A program made the translations under genes and the position numbers. The notes under the pieces were generated by a model, which made no database searches, was not told the DNA's origin, and saw only the letters and a program-made list of their open reading frames with translations. A stretch of 64,000 nucleotides of DNA from Pseudomonadota bacterium (lineage in GTDB: Bacteria > Pseudomonadota > Alphaproteobacteria > Geminicoccales > Geminicoccaceae): the NCBI GenBank assembly GCA_039818825.1, contig JBCBTD010000012.1:8863-72862 (forward strand), read 5' to 3'. How positions within the stretch are numbered: the first letter of the stretch is position 1; each line of letters begins with the position of its first letter. This document shows positions 9,873-19,276 of this stretch, in pieces.

Positions 9873-10696
9873 TGGACGCCACCCAGGAAGTCCCGGCGGG
9901 CCGACGGCTGCGCGCCCGCGAAATCGGCGACGTGCTGCTGGAAGTCCGCGACATCTCGCTCCGCTTCGGCGGTGTCCGCGCGCTCTCCAACGTCAGCTTC
10001 GACGTTCGCCGCGGCGAGATCCGCGCGATCATCGGCCCGAACGGTGCCGGCAAGTCGTCGATGCTCAACGTCATCAACGGCTTTTACCAACCCCAGGAGG
10101 GCCAGATCGTCTGGCAGGGGGAACCGCTACGCAAGATGCGCCCGCACTTCGCCGCCGCCAACGGGATCGCCCGCACCTTCCAGAACATCGCCCTGTTCAA
10201 GGGCATGAGCACCCTCGACAACGTCATGACCGGGCGGATGCTGAAGATGCACGCGACCTGGTTCGAGCAGATGGTCTATCTCGGCCGAGCGCGGCGCGAG
10301 GAGATCGAGCATCGCCGCTACTGCGAGACGATCATCGACTTCCTGGAGATCCAGGCCCACCGCCACACGCCGGTCGGCAAGCTGCCCTACGGTCTGCAAA
10401 AGCGCGTCGAACTCGCCCGCGCGTTGGCGGCCGAGCCGCAGCTGCTGCTGCTCGACGAGCCGATGGCCGGGATGAACGTCGAGGAGAAGGAGGACATGTG
10501 CCGCTTCGTCCTCGACGTGAACGAAGAATTCGGCACCACGGTTGCGCTGATCGAGCACGACATGGGCGTGGTCATGGACATTTCCGACCGCGTGGTCGTC
10601 CTCGACTATGGCGAACTGCTGGCCGACGGCACGCCCGACGCCGTACGTGCCGATCCCGACGTGATCGCGGCCTATCTCGGCGTGCAGCCAGACTGA
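9869..10696 (+). CDS. ABC transporter ATP-binding protein (LivG-like).
   Basis: Walker A (GPNGAGKSS), an LLLLDEPMAGM signature with Walker B, and a LivG-type C-terminus. Confidence 0.85.
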   Translation: MMDATQEVPAGRRLRAREIGDVLLEVRDISLRFGGVRALSNVSFDVRRGEIRAIIGPNGAGKSSMLNVINGFYQPQEGQIVWQGEPLRKMRPHFAAANGIARTFQNIALFKGMSTLDNVMTGRMLKMHATWFEQMVYLGRARREEIEHRRYCETIIDFLEIQAHRHTPVGKLPYGLQKRVELARALAAEPQLLLLDEPMAGMNVEEKEDMCRFVLDVNEEFGTTVALIEHDMGVVMDISDRVVVLDYGELLADGTPDAVRADPDVIAAYLGVQPD

Positions 10697-10718
10697 CGCG
10701 CCTCAGTGGAGACTGCCT

Positions 10719-11648
10719 TTGCTCGATCTCATACTCTTCGAGCCCATCCGCGAGATTTTTGAGTATCCGCCTTTCTTCTTCGAAGTATTGATTGGCGGGC
10801 TGTTGACCGGGGTCATGTACGCGCTGGTGGCGCTGGGCTTCGTGCTGATCTTCAAGGCCTCCGGCGTCTTCAATTTCGCCCAGGGCGCCATGGTGCTGTT
10901 CGCCGCGCTGACCTTCGTCGGCCTGATCGATCTCGGCATCAACATGTGGCTGGCGCTGGTCCTGGCCGCCGGAGTCATGGTCCTGCTGGCCTTCGCCATC
11001 GAGCGGGTCGTCCTGAGGCCGCTCGTTGGCCAGGCGCCGATCAGCCTGTTCATGGCGACCATCGGCATCGCGTTTTTCCTCGACGGCTTCGGCCAGACGA
11101 TCTGGGGCTCCGACGTCGAGGTGCTCGACGTCGGGATTCCCGACGGCCCGATCATCGTCGGCGGCCTCTTCATGAACGCCTTCGACGTCTACGCCGCGCT
11201 GGTCTGCGGGGTGCTGGTTGCAGCACTCGCGCTGTTCTTCCAGTACACGGCGACCGGCCGCGCCCTGCGGGCCGTCGCCGACGACCACACGGCGGCGATG
11301 AGCGTCGGCATCCCCTTGAACCGCATCTGGACGATCGTCTGGGCGGTCGCCGGCATCGTCGGCCTCGTCGCCGGCATCATGTGGGGCTCGAAGCTCGGCG
11401 TGCAGTTCACCTTGAGCCTGATCGCCCTGAAAGCGCTGCCGGTCTTGATCCTCGGCGGCTTCACCTCGGTGCCGGGTGCCATCGTCGGCGGGCTCATCAT
11501 CGGCGCCGGTGAAAAGATCTTCGAGGTGTTCTGGGTTGGTCTGCACGGCGGTGCCGCGGAAGACTGGTTCGCCTACATGCTGGCCATGGTGTTTCTGCTG
11601 TTCCGGCCGCAGGGTCTGTTCGGCGAAAAGATCATCGAGCGGGTCTGA
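10719..11648 (+). CDS. Branched-chain amino acid ABC transporter permease (LivH-like).
   Basis: A polytopic membrane protein (GLLTGVMYALVALGFVLIF...) in the typical LivH position. Confidence 0.85.
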   Translation: MLDLILFEPIREIFEYPPFFFEVLIGGLLTGVMYALVALGFVLIFKASGVFNFAQGAMVLFAALTFVGLIDLGINMWLALVLAAGVMVLLAFAIERVVLRPLVGQAPISLFMATIGIAFFLDGFGQTIWGSDVEVLDVGIPDGPIIVGGLFMNAFDVYAALVCGVLVAALALFFQYTATGRALRAVADDHTAAMSVGIPLNRIWTIVWAVAGIVGLVAGIMWGSKLGVQFTLSLIALKALPVLILGGFTSVPGAIVGGLIIGAGEKIFEVFWVGLHGGAAEDWFAYMLAMVFLLFRPQGLFGEKIIERV

Positions 11649-11651
11649 ACC

Positions 11652-12731
11652 ATGTTCTATTTCGAGACCGGCCAATACAAGACGAGCTACGCGGCCGACC
11701 AGCAGATCTTCCCGCTGGTCCAGGATCGCGTCGGCATCGCCGTCATCGTCCTCTTGGCGTTTGTCGCGGTGCCGCTGCTGGCGAGCCCCTATTGGCTCGG
11801 CACGATCATGGTGCCGTTCTTGATTTTTGCGCTCGCGGCGATCGGGCTGAACCTGTTGACCGGCTATGCTGGCCAGTTGTCCCTCGGCACCGGCGGCTTC
11901 ATGGCGACGGGCGCGTTCGCCGCCTACAAGCTGACCACCGCCTTTCCCGAATTGAACATCGTCGTCGTGCTGCTGCTTTCCGGCACCATCACCGCGCTGG
12001 TCGGCGTGTTGTTCGGGCTGCCGAGCCTGCGCATCAAGGGCTTCTATCTCGCGGTCGCGACCTTGGCGGCGCAGTTCTTCCTGGTCTGGCTCTACAACAA
12101 GGTGCCGTGGTTCACCAATTACAGCGCCTCCGGCGTCATCAGCGCGCCGCCGCGCGACGTCGTGCCGGGCGTGCAGGTGACCGGGGCGGCCGCCTCGACC
12201 GAGGCCAAGTACCTGTTCGTCCTGACCCTCGTCGTCGTCCTCGCCTGGGTCGCCAAGAATCTGACCCGCTCGAAGCTCGGCCGGTCGTGGATGGCGATCC
12301 GCGACATGGACATCGCCGCCGAGATCATCGGCATCCGTCCGACCACGACCAAGCTCTCGGCGTTCGCCATCAGCTCGTTCTACATCGGCATCGCCGGTGC
12401 GCTCTGGGCGTTCGTCCACACCGGTTCGGTCGAGGCGCTGGCGTTCGAGATCAACGTGTCGTTCGCGGTCCTGTTCATGATCATCATCGGTGGGCTAGGG
12501 ACCATCCTCGGCGGCTTTCTCGGTGCCGCGTTCATCGTGCTGTTGCCGATCCTGGTGAACACGACCTTGCTGGCGCTGGGTCTCCAGAACGCCATCGAAC
12601 TCGCCGGCCACATCGAGTTCATGATCATGGGTGCCTTGATCGTCGCCTTCTTGATCTTCGAGCCGCACGGCATGGCGCGGATGTGGCAGATCTTGAAGCA
12701 GAAGCTGCGAACGTGGCCGTTCCCCTATTGA
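11652..12731 (+). CDS. Branched-chain amino acid ABC transporter permease (LivM-like).
   Basis: A polytopic membrane protein with a LivM-like GYAGQLSLG motif. Confidence 0.85.
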   Translation: MFYFETGQYKTSYAADQQIFPLVQDRVGIAVIVLLAFVAVPLLASPYWLGTIMVPFLIFALAAIGLNLLTGYAGQLSLGTGGFMATGAFAAYKLTTAFPELNIVVVLLLSGTITALVGVLFGLPSLRIKGFYLAVATLAAQFFLVWLYNKVPWFTNYSASGVISAPPRDVVPGVQVTGAAASTEAKYLFVLTLVVVLAWVAKNLTRSKLGRSWMAIRDMDIAAEIIGIRPTTTKLSAFAISSFYIGIAGALWAFVHTGSVEALAFEINVSFAVLFMIIIGGLGTILGGFLGAAFIVLLPILVNTTLLALGLQNAIELAGHIEFMIMGALIVAFLIFEPHGMARMWQILKQKLRTWPFPY

Positions 12732-12846
12732 TCCGCCTGCCCATCGCCGGCGCCACCTGCGCGATTGCGCGCACTGGCGCGTTTGCTACCAATGGGCACA
12801 ACCGACGGACGGCGAGCCGTCGAACTTCGATCAGGGAGATCACCCC

Positions 12847-14160
12847 ATGAGGACACCGGGCATCGCCACCTTGGCGCTGTCGGCGGCGATCGCCGCTTCG
12901 ACCGTGTTCGCCCCAGCTCTGGCCCAAGCGGACGAGCAGTTCATTCCGATCCTCAGCTACCGGACCGGCGCCTACGCGCCGAACGGCATTCCGCTGGCCA
13001 ACGGCCAGGTCGATTACTACCGGATGATCAACGCCCGCGACGGCGGCGTGAACGGCGTGCCGCTCGCGATCGAGGAATGCGACACCGCCTACAACAACGA
13101 CCAGGGCGTCGAGTGCTACGAGCGGCTCAAGGGCCGCGGCGCCAGCGTCATCTCGCCGTTCTCGACCGGCATCACCTACGCGCTGATCGAGCGCACCAAG
13201 GCCGACGGGATCCCGCTCTTCACCATGGGCTACGGGCGCACCGACGCCTCCGACGGCACGGTCTTCCCGCACGTGTTCACGATGCCGATGACCTACTGGT
13301 CGCAAGCCACGTCGATCATCCAGTACATCGCCGACCAGGAAGGCGGTGATCTGGAAGGCAAGACCATTGCGCTCGTTTATCACGACAGCGCCTACGGCAA
13401 GGAGCCGATCGCGACCTTGGAGAAGCTGGCCGCGGAGAAGGGCTTCACTTTGGAGCTGTTCCCGGTCGCCCATCCGGGCCTCGAGCAGAAAGCCACGTGG
13501 CTGACCATCGGCCGGCGGCTCCGCCCCGACTGGGTGGTGATGTGGGGCTGGGGCGTGATGAACGCGACCGCGATCAAGGAGGCGGCGGCCGTCGGCTATC
13601 CGATGGACCGCTTCGTCGGCAACCACTGGGCCGGCGCCGAGGTCGACGTGATCCCCGCAGGCGACAGCGCCATCGGCTACCTCGCCGCCAACTTCCACAG
13701 CCCGGGTGATGGCTTCGCCGTCCACGACGACATCTACACCCACGTCTACGACACGGGCGACGGCGCCGGCGACCGTGAGCGGGTCGGCGAGGTGCTCTAC
13801 AACCGCGGCATCGTCAACGCCGCCATCGTCGTCGAGGCGATCCGTGCCGGCCAGGCGATCCACGGCAACCGCGTCCTCACGGGCGAGGAGGTGCGCGACG
13901 GCTTCGAGGCGTTGAACCTGAGCCCCGAGGGCCTGGCCGAACTCGGTTTGGCGGAGTTCATGAACCCGATCGCCGTCACTTGCGCGGACCACGAGGGCGG
14001 CGGGGCGATCTTCGTCCAGCAATGGGACGGCGAAACCTGGGACCGCGTCTCCGACTGGATCCCGCCGATGACCGACCTGGTGCGGCCGATGATCGAAGAG
14101 AGCGCCGCCGCCTATGCTGCCGAGAAGGGCCTGACCCCGCGCGACTGCCCGAGCAGCTGA
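12847..14160 (+). CDS. ABC transporter substrate-binding protein (Leu/Ile/Val-binding family, type I periplasmic binding fold).
   Basis: A signal peptide (MRTPGIATLALSAAIAAS) precedes a LivJ/K-like fold. The size and operon position fit. Confidence 0.8.
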   Translation: MRTPGIATLALSAAIAASTVFAPALAQADEQFIPILSYRTGAYAPNGIPLANGQVDYYRMINARDGGVNGVPLAIEECDTAYNNDQGVECYERLKGRGASVISPFSTGITYALIERTKADGIPLFTMGYGRTDASDGTVFPHVFTMPMTYWSQATSIIQYIADQEGGDLEGKTIALVYHDSAYGKEPIATLEKLAAEKGFTLELFPVAHPGLEQKATWLTIGRRLRPDWVVMWGWGVMNATAIKEAAAVGYPMDRFVGNHWAGAEVDVIPAGDSAIGYLAANFHSPGDGFAVHDDIYTHVYDTGDGAGDRERVGEVLYNRGIVNAAIVVEAIRAGQAIHGNRVLTGEEVRDGFEALNLSPEGLAELGLAEFMNPIAVTCADHEGGGAIFVQQWDGETWDRVSDWIPPMTDLVRPMIEESAAAYAAEKGLTPRDCPSS

Positions 14161-14170
14161 GGACTAGCCC

Positions 14171-15040
14171 ATGGCCTCCGCCGCGTCCGCACCCGCCAAG
14201 TCTGCCGACAGCACGTCGGCGGCGCCGGGCGCGGGCGCGGCGGATGTGCTGCTCGCGGTCAACTCGATCGAGGTCGTCTACGACCACGTGGTGCTGGTGC
14301 TCAAGGGCGTCTCCCTCGCGGTGCGCGAGGGCGGCATCACCGCTCTGCTCGGCGCCAACGGTGCCGGGAAGACCACCACCTTGAAGGCGGTCTCGAACCT
14401 GCTCCGCGCCGAACGTGGTGAGGTCACCAAGGGCGACATCACCTTGCGCGGTGAAGACGTCGCCCATCTGTCGCCCAACGAGCTCGTCACCCGCGGCGTC
14501 GTCCAGGTGATGGAGGGGCGCCACTGCTTCGAGCACCTGACCATCGAAGAGAACCTTCTGACCGGCGCCTATACCCGCAGAGATGGTGCGGCGGCGCTGC
14601 GTGACGATCTCGACATGGTTTACGGCTACTTCCCCCGGCTCAAGGAGCGCCGTCGCGCGCAAGCGGGGTACACCTCCGGTGGCGAGCAGCAGATGTGCGC
14701 CATCGGCCGGGCGCTGATGGCCCGACCCCGCGTCATCCTGCTGGACGAGCCGTCGATGGGCCTTGCCCCGCAGCTGGTCGAGGAAATCTTCGAGATCGTC
14801 GCCGAGTTGAACCGGAAGGCCGGCGTCACGTTCCTGCTCGCCGAGCAGAACACGAACATCGCGTTGCGCTATGCTCACGACGGTTACATCCTGGAGAACG
14901 GTCGCGTCGTGCTGGAGGGGGAAGCCTCCGCGCTGCGTGACAACGAGGACGTCAAAGAGTTCTACCTGGGCATCGGCTCGGCCGGGCGTCGAAGCTTCCG
15001 CGACATCAAGAGCTACAAGCGGCGCAAGCGCTGGCTCTGA
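14171..15040 (+). CDS. ABC transporter ATP-binding protein (LivF-like).
   Basis: Walker A (GANGAGKTT), signature SGGEQQM and Walker B (ILLDEPSMGL). Confidence 0.85.
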   Translation: MASAASAPAKSADSTSAAPGAGAADVLLAVNSIEVVYDHVVLVLKGVSLAVREGGITALLGANGAGKTTTLKAVSNLLRAERGEVTKGDITLRGEDVAHLSPNELVTRGVVQVMEGRHCFEHLTIEENLLTGAYTRRDGAAALRDDLDMVYGYFPRLKERRRAQAGYTSGGEQQMCAIGRALMARPRVILLDEPSMGLAPQLVEEIFEIVAELNRKAGVTFLLAEQNTNIALRYAHDGYILENGRVVLEGEASALRDNEDVKEFYLGIGSAGRRSFRDIKSYKRRKRWL

Positions 15041-15082
15041 CGTCGCCGACACGCCCGGCCGCGGCACGCAGCGGGGACAGAA

Positions 15083-16321
15083 ATGGTCGACGACGCGACA
15101 GAATTCTACGATCACCAAGAGATCCGCGACCCCGACCAGCGCCACGCGCAGATCTACACGGCTCTGCCAGGATTGGTCCGCCATGCCGTCGACAACGCCC
15201 CGGCCTTGGCTCGCCATCTTGCTGGCACCGACCCGGCCGGCGTCACCAGTCCCGCCGCCCTGGCGGCGTTGCCGGTGCTCCGAAAATCCGAGCTGATCGA
15301 ACGCCAGGCCACCGAGCCGCCCTTCGCCGGCTTGGTCGCCACGCCGATCAGCCGGCTCGCCCGAGTGTTCGCCTCGCCCGGACCGATCGCCGAGCCCGAA
15401 GGCCTGCGCACCGACTATTGGCGCTGCGCCCGCGCCCTCTATGCCGCCGGCTTCCGCACCGGTGACCTGGTCCACAACGCCTTCTCCTATCACCTGACGC
15501 CGGCGGGGATGATGATCGAGGGCGGGGCCAGAGCCCTCGGTTGTCCGGTGCTGGCCGCCGGCACCGGACAGACCGCCCGCCAGCTCCAGGCGATCGACCG
15601 GCTGCGGCCCGTCGGCTACGCCGGCACGCCGTCCTTCCTCCGCATTCTGCTCGACGAGGCGGCCGACCATGGTGCCGACGTCTCGGCCTTCACCAAGGCG
15701 CTGGTCTCGGGCGAGGCGTTCCCGCCGACCGTCCGCGACGACCTCCAGACGCGTTACGGCGTCGCCGCCTACCAGTGCTACGCCACGGCCGACGCCGGCC
15801 TGATCGCCTATGAAACCCGCGCCCGCGACGGTCTCATCGGCGACGAGGCCGTGATCATCGAGATCGTCCACCCCGGCACCGGCGACCCGGTCGACGACGG
15901 CGAGGTCGGCGAGCTGGTCATCACCAGCTTCAACCCCGACTACCCGCTGATCCGGTTCGCCACCGGCGACCTCTCGGCGGTCCTGCCGGGCGCCAGCCCG
16001 TGCGGCCGCACCAATCGCCGAATCCGCGGCTGGCTGGGACGCGCCGACCAGTCCGCCAAAGTCCGCGGCATGTTCGTCCATCCGCACCAGGTGGCGGCGA
16101 TCGCCGAGCGCCACGAACTAGGCCGCAGCCGCATCGTCATCGACCTCGACGAGGGCAAGGACCGCCTGCGGCTCCTGGTCGAGGCCGCGGCGGCACCCGG
16201 TCTCGCCGAGCACCTGGAGCAGACCATCCGCGAGACCATCAGCTTGCGCGGCGAAGTGCACTTCGTCGCGCCCGGCAGCCTGCCCGACGACGGCAAGGTG
16301 ATCGAAGACCGCCGGAGCTGA
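15083..16321 (+). CDS. Phenylacetate-CoA ligase family protein (PaaK-like / coenzyme F390 synthetase-like).
   Basis: It has the PaaK-family architecture (LPVLRKSEL...; central YAGTPSF; C-terminal KVRGMFVHP). This family co-occurs with Liv-type ABC systems for aromatic-acid uptake. Confidence 0.8.
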   Translation: MVDDATEFYDHQEIRDPDQRHAQIYTALPGLVRHAVDNAPALARHLAGTDPAGVTSPAALAALPVLRKSELIERQATEPPFAGLVATPISRLARVFASPGPIAEPEGLRTDYWRCARALYAAGFRTGDLVHNAFSYHLTPAGMMIEGGARALGCPVLAAGTGQTARQLQAIDRLRPVGYAGTPSFLRILLDEAADHGADVSAFTKALVSGEAFPPTVRDDLQTRYGVAAYQCYATADAGLIAYETRARDGLIGDEAVIIEIVHPGTGDPVDDGEVGELVITSFNPDYPLIRFATGDLSAVLPGASPCGRTNRRIRGWLGRADQSAKVRGMFVHPHQVAAIAERHELGRSRIVIDLDEGKDRLRLLVEAAAAPGLAEHLEQTIRETISLRGEVHFVAPGSLPDDGKVIEDRRS

Positions 16322-16326
16322 CGCCG

Positions 16327-16941
16327 TTGAACCCAGCCGACGACGCGCTCGACGCGCTGGTCCGGGCGCGCGGCCTCGCTTGCCGCCGTGCCGGCCGCGA
16401 CGTGTTCAGCGACCTGTCGCTCGCCGTCGACAGGGGCGGCGCGCTGCTGCTGAGGGGGCCGAACGGCAGCGGCAAGTCGAGCCTGCTCCGCACCTTGGCG
16501 GGCCTGTTGGAGCCGGCCGCGGGCGAGAGCCACGTCGCACCGGCCGCCGACGGCAGCCCCGGCCTTCACTATGTCGGCCACGGCGATCCGGCCAAGCCGA
16601 CCCTCAGCGTCGAAGAAAACCTCGCCTTCGCCGCGGCGCTTGGCGGGGGCGGCGGCGACGTCGAGGCGGGCCTGCGGGCCTTCGCCCTGGTGCGTCTCGC
16701 CGACACGCCTGCCCGCTACCTCTCCTCCGGTCAGCGCCGCCGGCTGTCCTTGGCGCGGCTCGTCGTGAGCCACAAGGCCGTCTGGCTGCTCGACGAGCCG
16801 GGCGTCGGTCTCGACAAGACCAACCGCGACCGCCTCCAGGCGGCGATCGCCGACCACCGGCGCAAGGGCGGTGCGGTCATCGCCGCCACCCACGGTGACG
16901 TCGCGATCGCCGACGCCGCGGTCCTGGACTTCGGCCGTTGA
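16327..16941 (+). CDS. ccmA: Heme exporter ATP-binding protein CcmA.
   Basis: A short (about 204 aa) ABC ATPase with GPNGSGKSSLLR and YLSSGQRRRLSLARL. It is immediately followed by ccmB. There is no in-frame ATG, so the start is TTG at 16327 (or CTG at 16318), overlapping the upstream stop. Confidence 0.7.
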   Translation: MNPADDALDALVRARGLACRRAGRDVFSDLSLAVDRGGALLLRGPNGSGKSSLLRTLAGLLEPAAGESHVAPAADGSPGLHYVGHGDPAKPTLSVEENLAFAAALGGGGGDVEAGLRAFALVRLADTPARYLSSGQRRRLSLARLVVSHKAVWLLDEPGVGLDKTNRDRLQAAIADHRRKGGAVIAATHGDVAIADAAVLDFGR

Positions 16942-17603
16942 GGGCGGCCGCCGCCCTGCTCGCCCACGAGCTGCGGTTGGCGGTCCGCTCCGGCGGCGAG
17001 ATGGCCCAGGGCCTCGTCTTCTTCATGCTGGCGCTGGCGCTGTTCCCGCTCGGCGTCGGCCCGGGGCCCGTCATCCTGGAGCGGATCGGCGTCGGGCTGA
17101 TCTGGGTCTTGGCGCTGTTCAGTGTCACCTTGACCCTCGAGCGGCTCTACGCCGAGGACGCCCGCGACGGCACCCTCGACCTCCTCGCCACCTCCGGCGT
17201 CGCCTTCGAACTCGTGGCGCTGGTCAAGGCCGTGGCCCACTGGCTCACCAGCGGTTTGGTGCTGGTGCTCTGCTCGCCCCTGGTCGTGCTGCTCCTCGGC
17301 CTCCCGCGGGAAGCCTACGTCGCCGTCCCGGTCGTGTTGCTGCTCGGCACCCCGACCCTGACCCTGATCGGCGGCATCGGCGCGGCACTTCTGGTCGGCA
17401 GCCGCCGCGGCGGGCTGTTGCTCGCGCTGATCGTTCTGCCCTTGGAGATCCCGGTCTTGATCTTCGGCGTCTCGGCGATCGAGGGTTGGGTCTCGGGCCT
17501 CGGCGCGTCGGCACAGGTGATGATCCTCGGCGCGATGCTGCTCGGCACCCTGGCGCTCGCCCCCTTCGCCACCGCCGCGGCGCTGCGCTTGGCGCTTGAG
17601 TAG
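16938..17603 (+). CDS. ccmB: Heme exporter protein CcmB.
   Basis: A six-transmembrane protein (FFMLALALFPLGVGP...) coupled to ccmA by an ATGA overlap. The length and hydropathy match CcmB. Confidence 0.8.
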   Translation: MRAAAALLAHELRLAVRSGGEMAQGLVFFMLALALFPLGVGPGPVILERIGVGLIWVLALFSVTLTLERLYAEDARDGTLDLLATSGVAFELVALVKAVAHWLTSGLVLVLCSPLVVLLLGLPREAYVAVPVVLLLGTPTLTLIGGIGAALLVGSRRGGLLLALIVLPLEIPVLIFGVSAIEGWVSGLGASAQVMILGAMLLGTLALAPFATAAALRLALE

Positions 17604-17688
17604 GCGAGCGGCGCCGCCGATCCGAGCTTGATCCGCGTCGACGACGAGCGCTACGAGGGCCAGGACGACGCCGGTCCCAACGGCCCAT

Positions 17689-17711
17689 GCCGCCGGTGCC
17701 GCACCGGCGGC
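17689..17711 (+). terminator. GC-rich hairpin (10-bp stem, 3-nt loop) about 85 nt downstream of ccmB. It looks like a terminator but has no U-tract.
   Basis: GCCGCCGGTG-CCG-CACCGGCGGC is a perfect inverted repeat, read directly from the sequence. Confidence 0.3.
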
Positions 17712-17751
17712 GCACGCCGCCTGTGACGAGATCCGGAGGGGGGAGCCGATC

Positions 17752-18084
17752 ATGGTCCATCGCACCATGCTGCTGTTGCTGAGCGGCGGCGCCCTGGCGG
17801 CCTGTGCCGGCAGCGCGGATCGCCAGGTGCCGGCTGGCGCCCGTACGTTCACCAGCGCGCCGGTGACGGGCGCCGCCGCGACGACCCCCGCCGCTCGCGG
17901 CTGTCTCGACGCCGTTGCCCGGGAGCTAGGTGTGCCGGTCGGCGACCTCACCATCGTCGGCAGCGACGAGTCCGGCATCGGCATGCGGATCATGGTGGCG
18001 GCACCTCCCGCCCGAGCGCCGTGGGCGTGCATCGCCTCCGACGCCGGCATCGTCCAGGAGGTCGTCGACACCGCCGAGGGCTGA
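17752..18084 (+). CDS. Hypothetical small lipoprotein.
   Basis: A signal peptide with a lipobox-like LAACAG follows a GGAGGGG RBS. No family could be assigned. Confidence 0.5.
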   Translation: MVHRTMLLLLSGGALAACAGSADRQVPAGARTFTSAPVTGAAATTPAARGCLDAVARELGVPVGDLTIVGSDESGIGMRIMVAAPPARAPWACIASDAGIVQEVVDTAEG

Positions 18085-18321
18085 GGCTCGCAGGTCGTCC
18101 ATCCGATGGGCAACGATGCCTCCGAGACGACATCCGCAGCGTTTCCGGCGACGCATCACCCTTCAGCCGCGCAAACCTGCGGCTGGCCCGATACGAAGAG
18201 CGAGGCAATCGAGATCGGCTTCCGAGCGAACCGCGGATGCGCCGCCGAACACGTCGGGACATGGCCGTTCGCGCGGGCCGGCCTAGGTCGTCGGAGAGTG
18301 TCAGCACGGGCGGGATGAGGA

Positions 18322-18963
18322 ATGGCGCAGGTTTTGGTCATCGGCGCGAGCCGCGGGGTCGGGTTGGCCGTCGTGAGGCGAGCACTGGGTGAAGGACACG
18401 ACGTCCGGGCGTTGGCCCGCTCTGCCGACAAGATCGACATCGATGATCCGCGATTGGAGAAAGTCTCGGGCGACGCGTTGTCGGCGCGAGAGGTGCGCGC
18501 GGCGCTCGAAGGCATCGACGCCGTGATTCAAACACTGGGCGTGACGGCGCGGCCGGACACGATCGTGGCCGGCACCAAGGTGTTCTCCAAGGCGACCCGC
18601 TTACTGGTCGAGGCCATGGAGGCGGTTGGTGTCGCCCGGCTGATCGCGCTCACCGGGTTCGGCACCGGCGACAGCCGCAACCAGGGCGGCTGTCTGTGGG
18701 ATCTCGGATTCAACCTGTTCCTGGGCCGGATCTACGACGACAAGAACGTGCAGGAACACCTGATCCGGCACAGTTCGCTCGCCTGGACGATCGCCCGGCC
18801 CGTCATCCTCACCGACGGACCGGCACGGAGCACCTATCGGGTGATCGTCGACCCGCGCGACTGGCGCGGCGGCTTCATCGCCCGCGGTGACGTCGCCGAG
18901 TTCCTCGTCGAGCAGGTGACCTCGGAACGCTACCTGCGCCAGGCGCCGGTGCTGATCGGCTAG
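18322..18963 (+). CDS. NAD(P)H-binding oxidoreductase (NmrA/SDR-like, atypical).
   Basis: VLVIGASRGVGLAV is a Rossmann glycine motif. The overall pattern resembles flavin-reductase-like NAD(P)-binding proteins. Confidence 0.8.
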   Translation: MAQVLVIGASRGVGLAVVRRALGEGHDVRALARSADKIDIDDPRLEKVSGDALSAREVRAALEGIDAVIQTLGVTARPDTIVAGTKVFSKATRLLVEAMEAVGVARLIALTGFGTGDSRNQGGCLWDLGFNLFLGRIYDDKNVQEHLIRHSSLAWTIARPVILTDGPARSTYRVIVDPRDWRGGFIARGDVAEFLVEQVTSERYLRQAPVLIG

Positions 18964-19177
18964 GCGAGGAGGAACGTGGAGGGCGAAGGCCGCAGCCGGG
19001 CTGAAGGCGCCATTGGGCACCGGCGGGGACGGAGCCAAAGGTCTTCCAGGAGCGGACATGCGGAACGCGATCCCGCAGCGCACGGTACGGCCCGCAGCGG
19101 ACTCGACGATTCGCCGCTCGTGCGCGTCTTCGGATCTCCAGGGCCGGCACCGAGGTCGGTGTTGGGAACAGCCGAAA

Positions 19178-19276
19178 GGCGCCAAAAACCCGTCAACACC
19201 ACCCGAGGTTTGAGCGGGGCTCGTGGCGCGTCGACGACATCCGCGGATGTCCCTCGGAGCCCGTAGGGCGCCAAAA
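19178..19276. repeat. Structured non-coding element: two GGCGCCAAAA direct repeats flanking nested inverted repeats (CCGAGG...CCTCGG enclosing the perfect 16-bp palindrome GACATCCGCGGATGTC).
   Basis: Read directly. GGCGCCAAAA lies at 19178-19187 and 19267-19276. The 16-bp palindrome is at 19236-19251. The outer arms are at 19203-19208 and 19252-19257. Confidence 0.3.

Noticed and set aside
16000-16326. The long N-terminal extension of the ccmA ORF, and similar track-derived extensions of the aminotransferase (36633-36920), FAD monooxygenase (42418-42624), FAH (44471-44815), Fur (60930-61118), NMO (62413-62529) and pgm (45767-45922) genes.
   Set aside because: The extensions are R/P-rich. They overlap neighbouring genes or lack RBSs. 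The family-conserved N-termini begin at the internal starts chosen.
17752-18084. The possibility that the small ORF after ccmB is ccmD or ccmC.
   Set aside because: It has a cleavable lipoprotein-type signal peptide and no CcmC tryptophan-rich WWD motif or CcmD-like single transmembrane profile. I call it a hypothetical lipoprotein.
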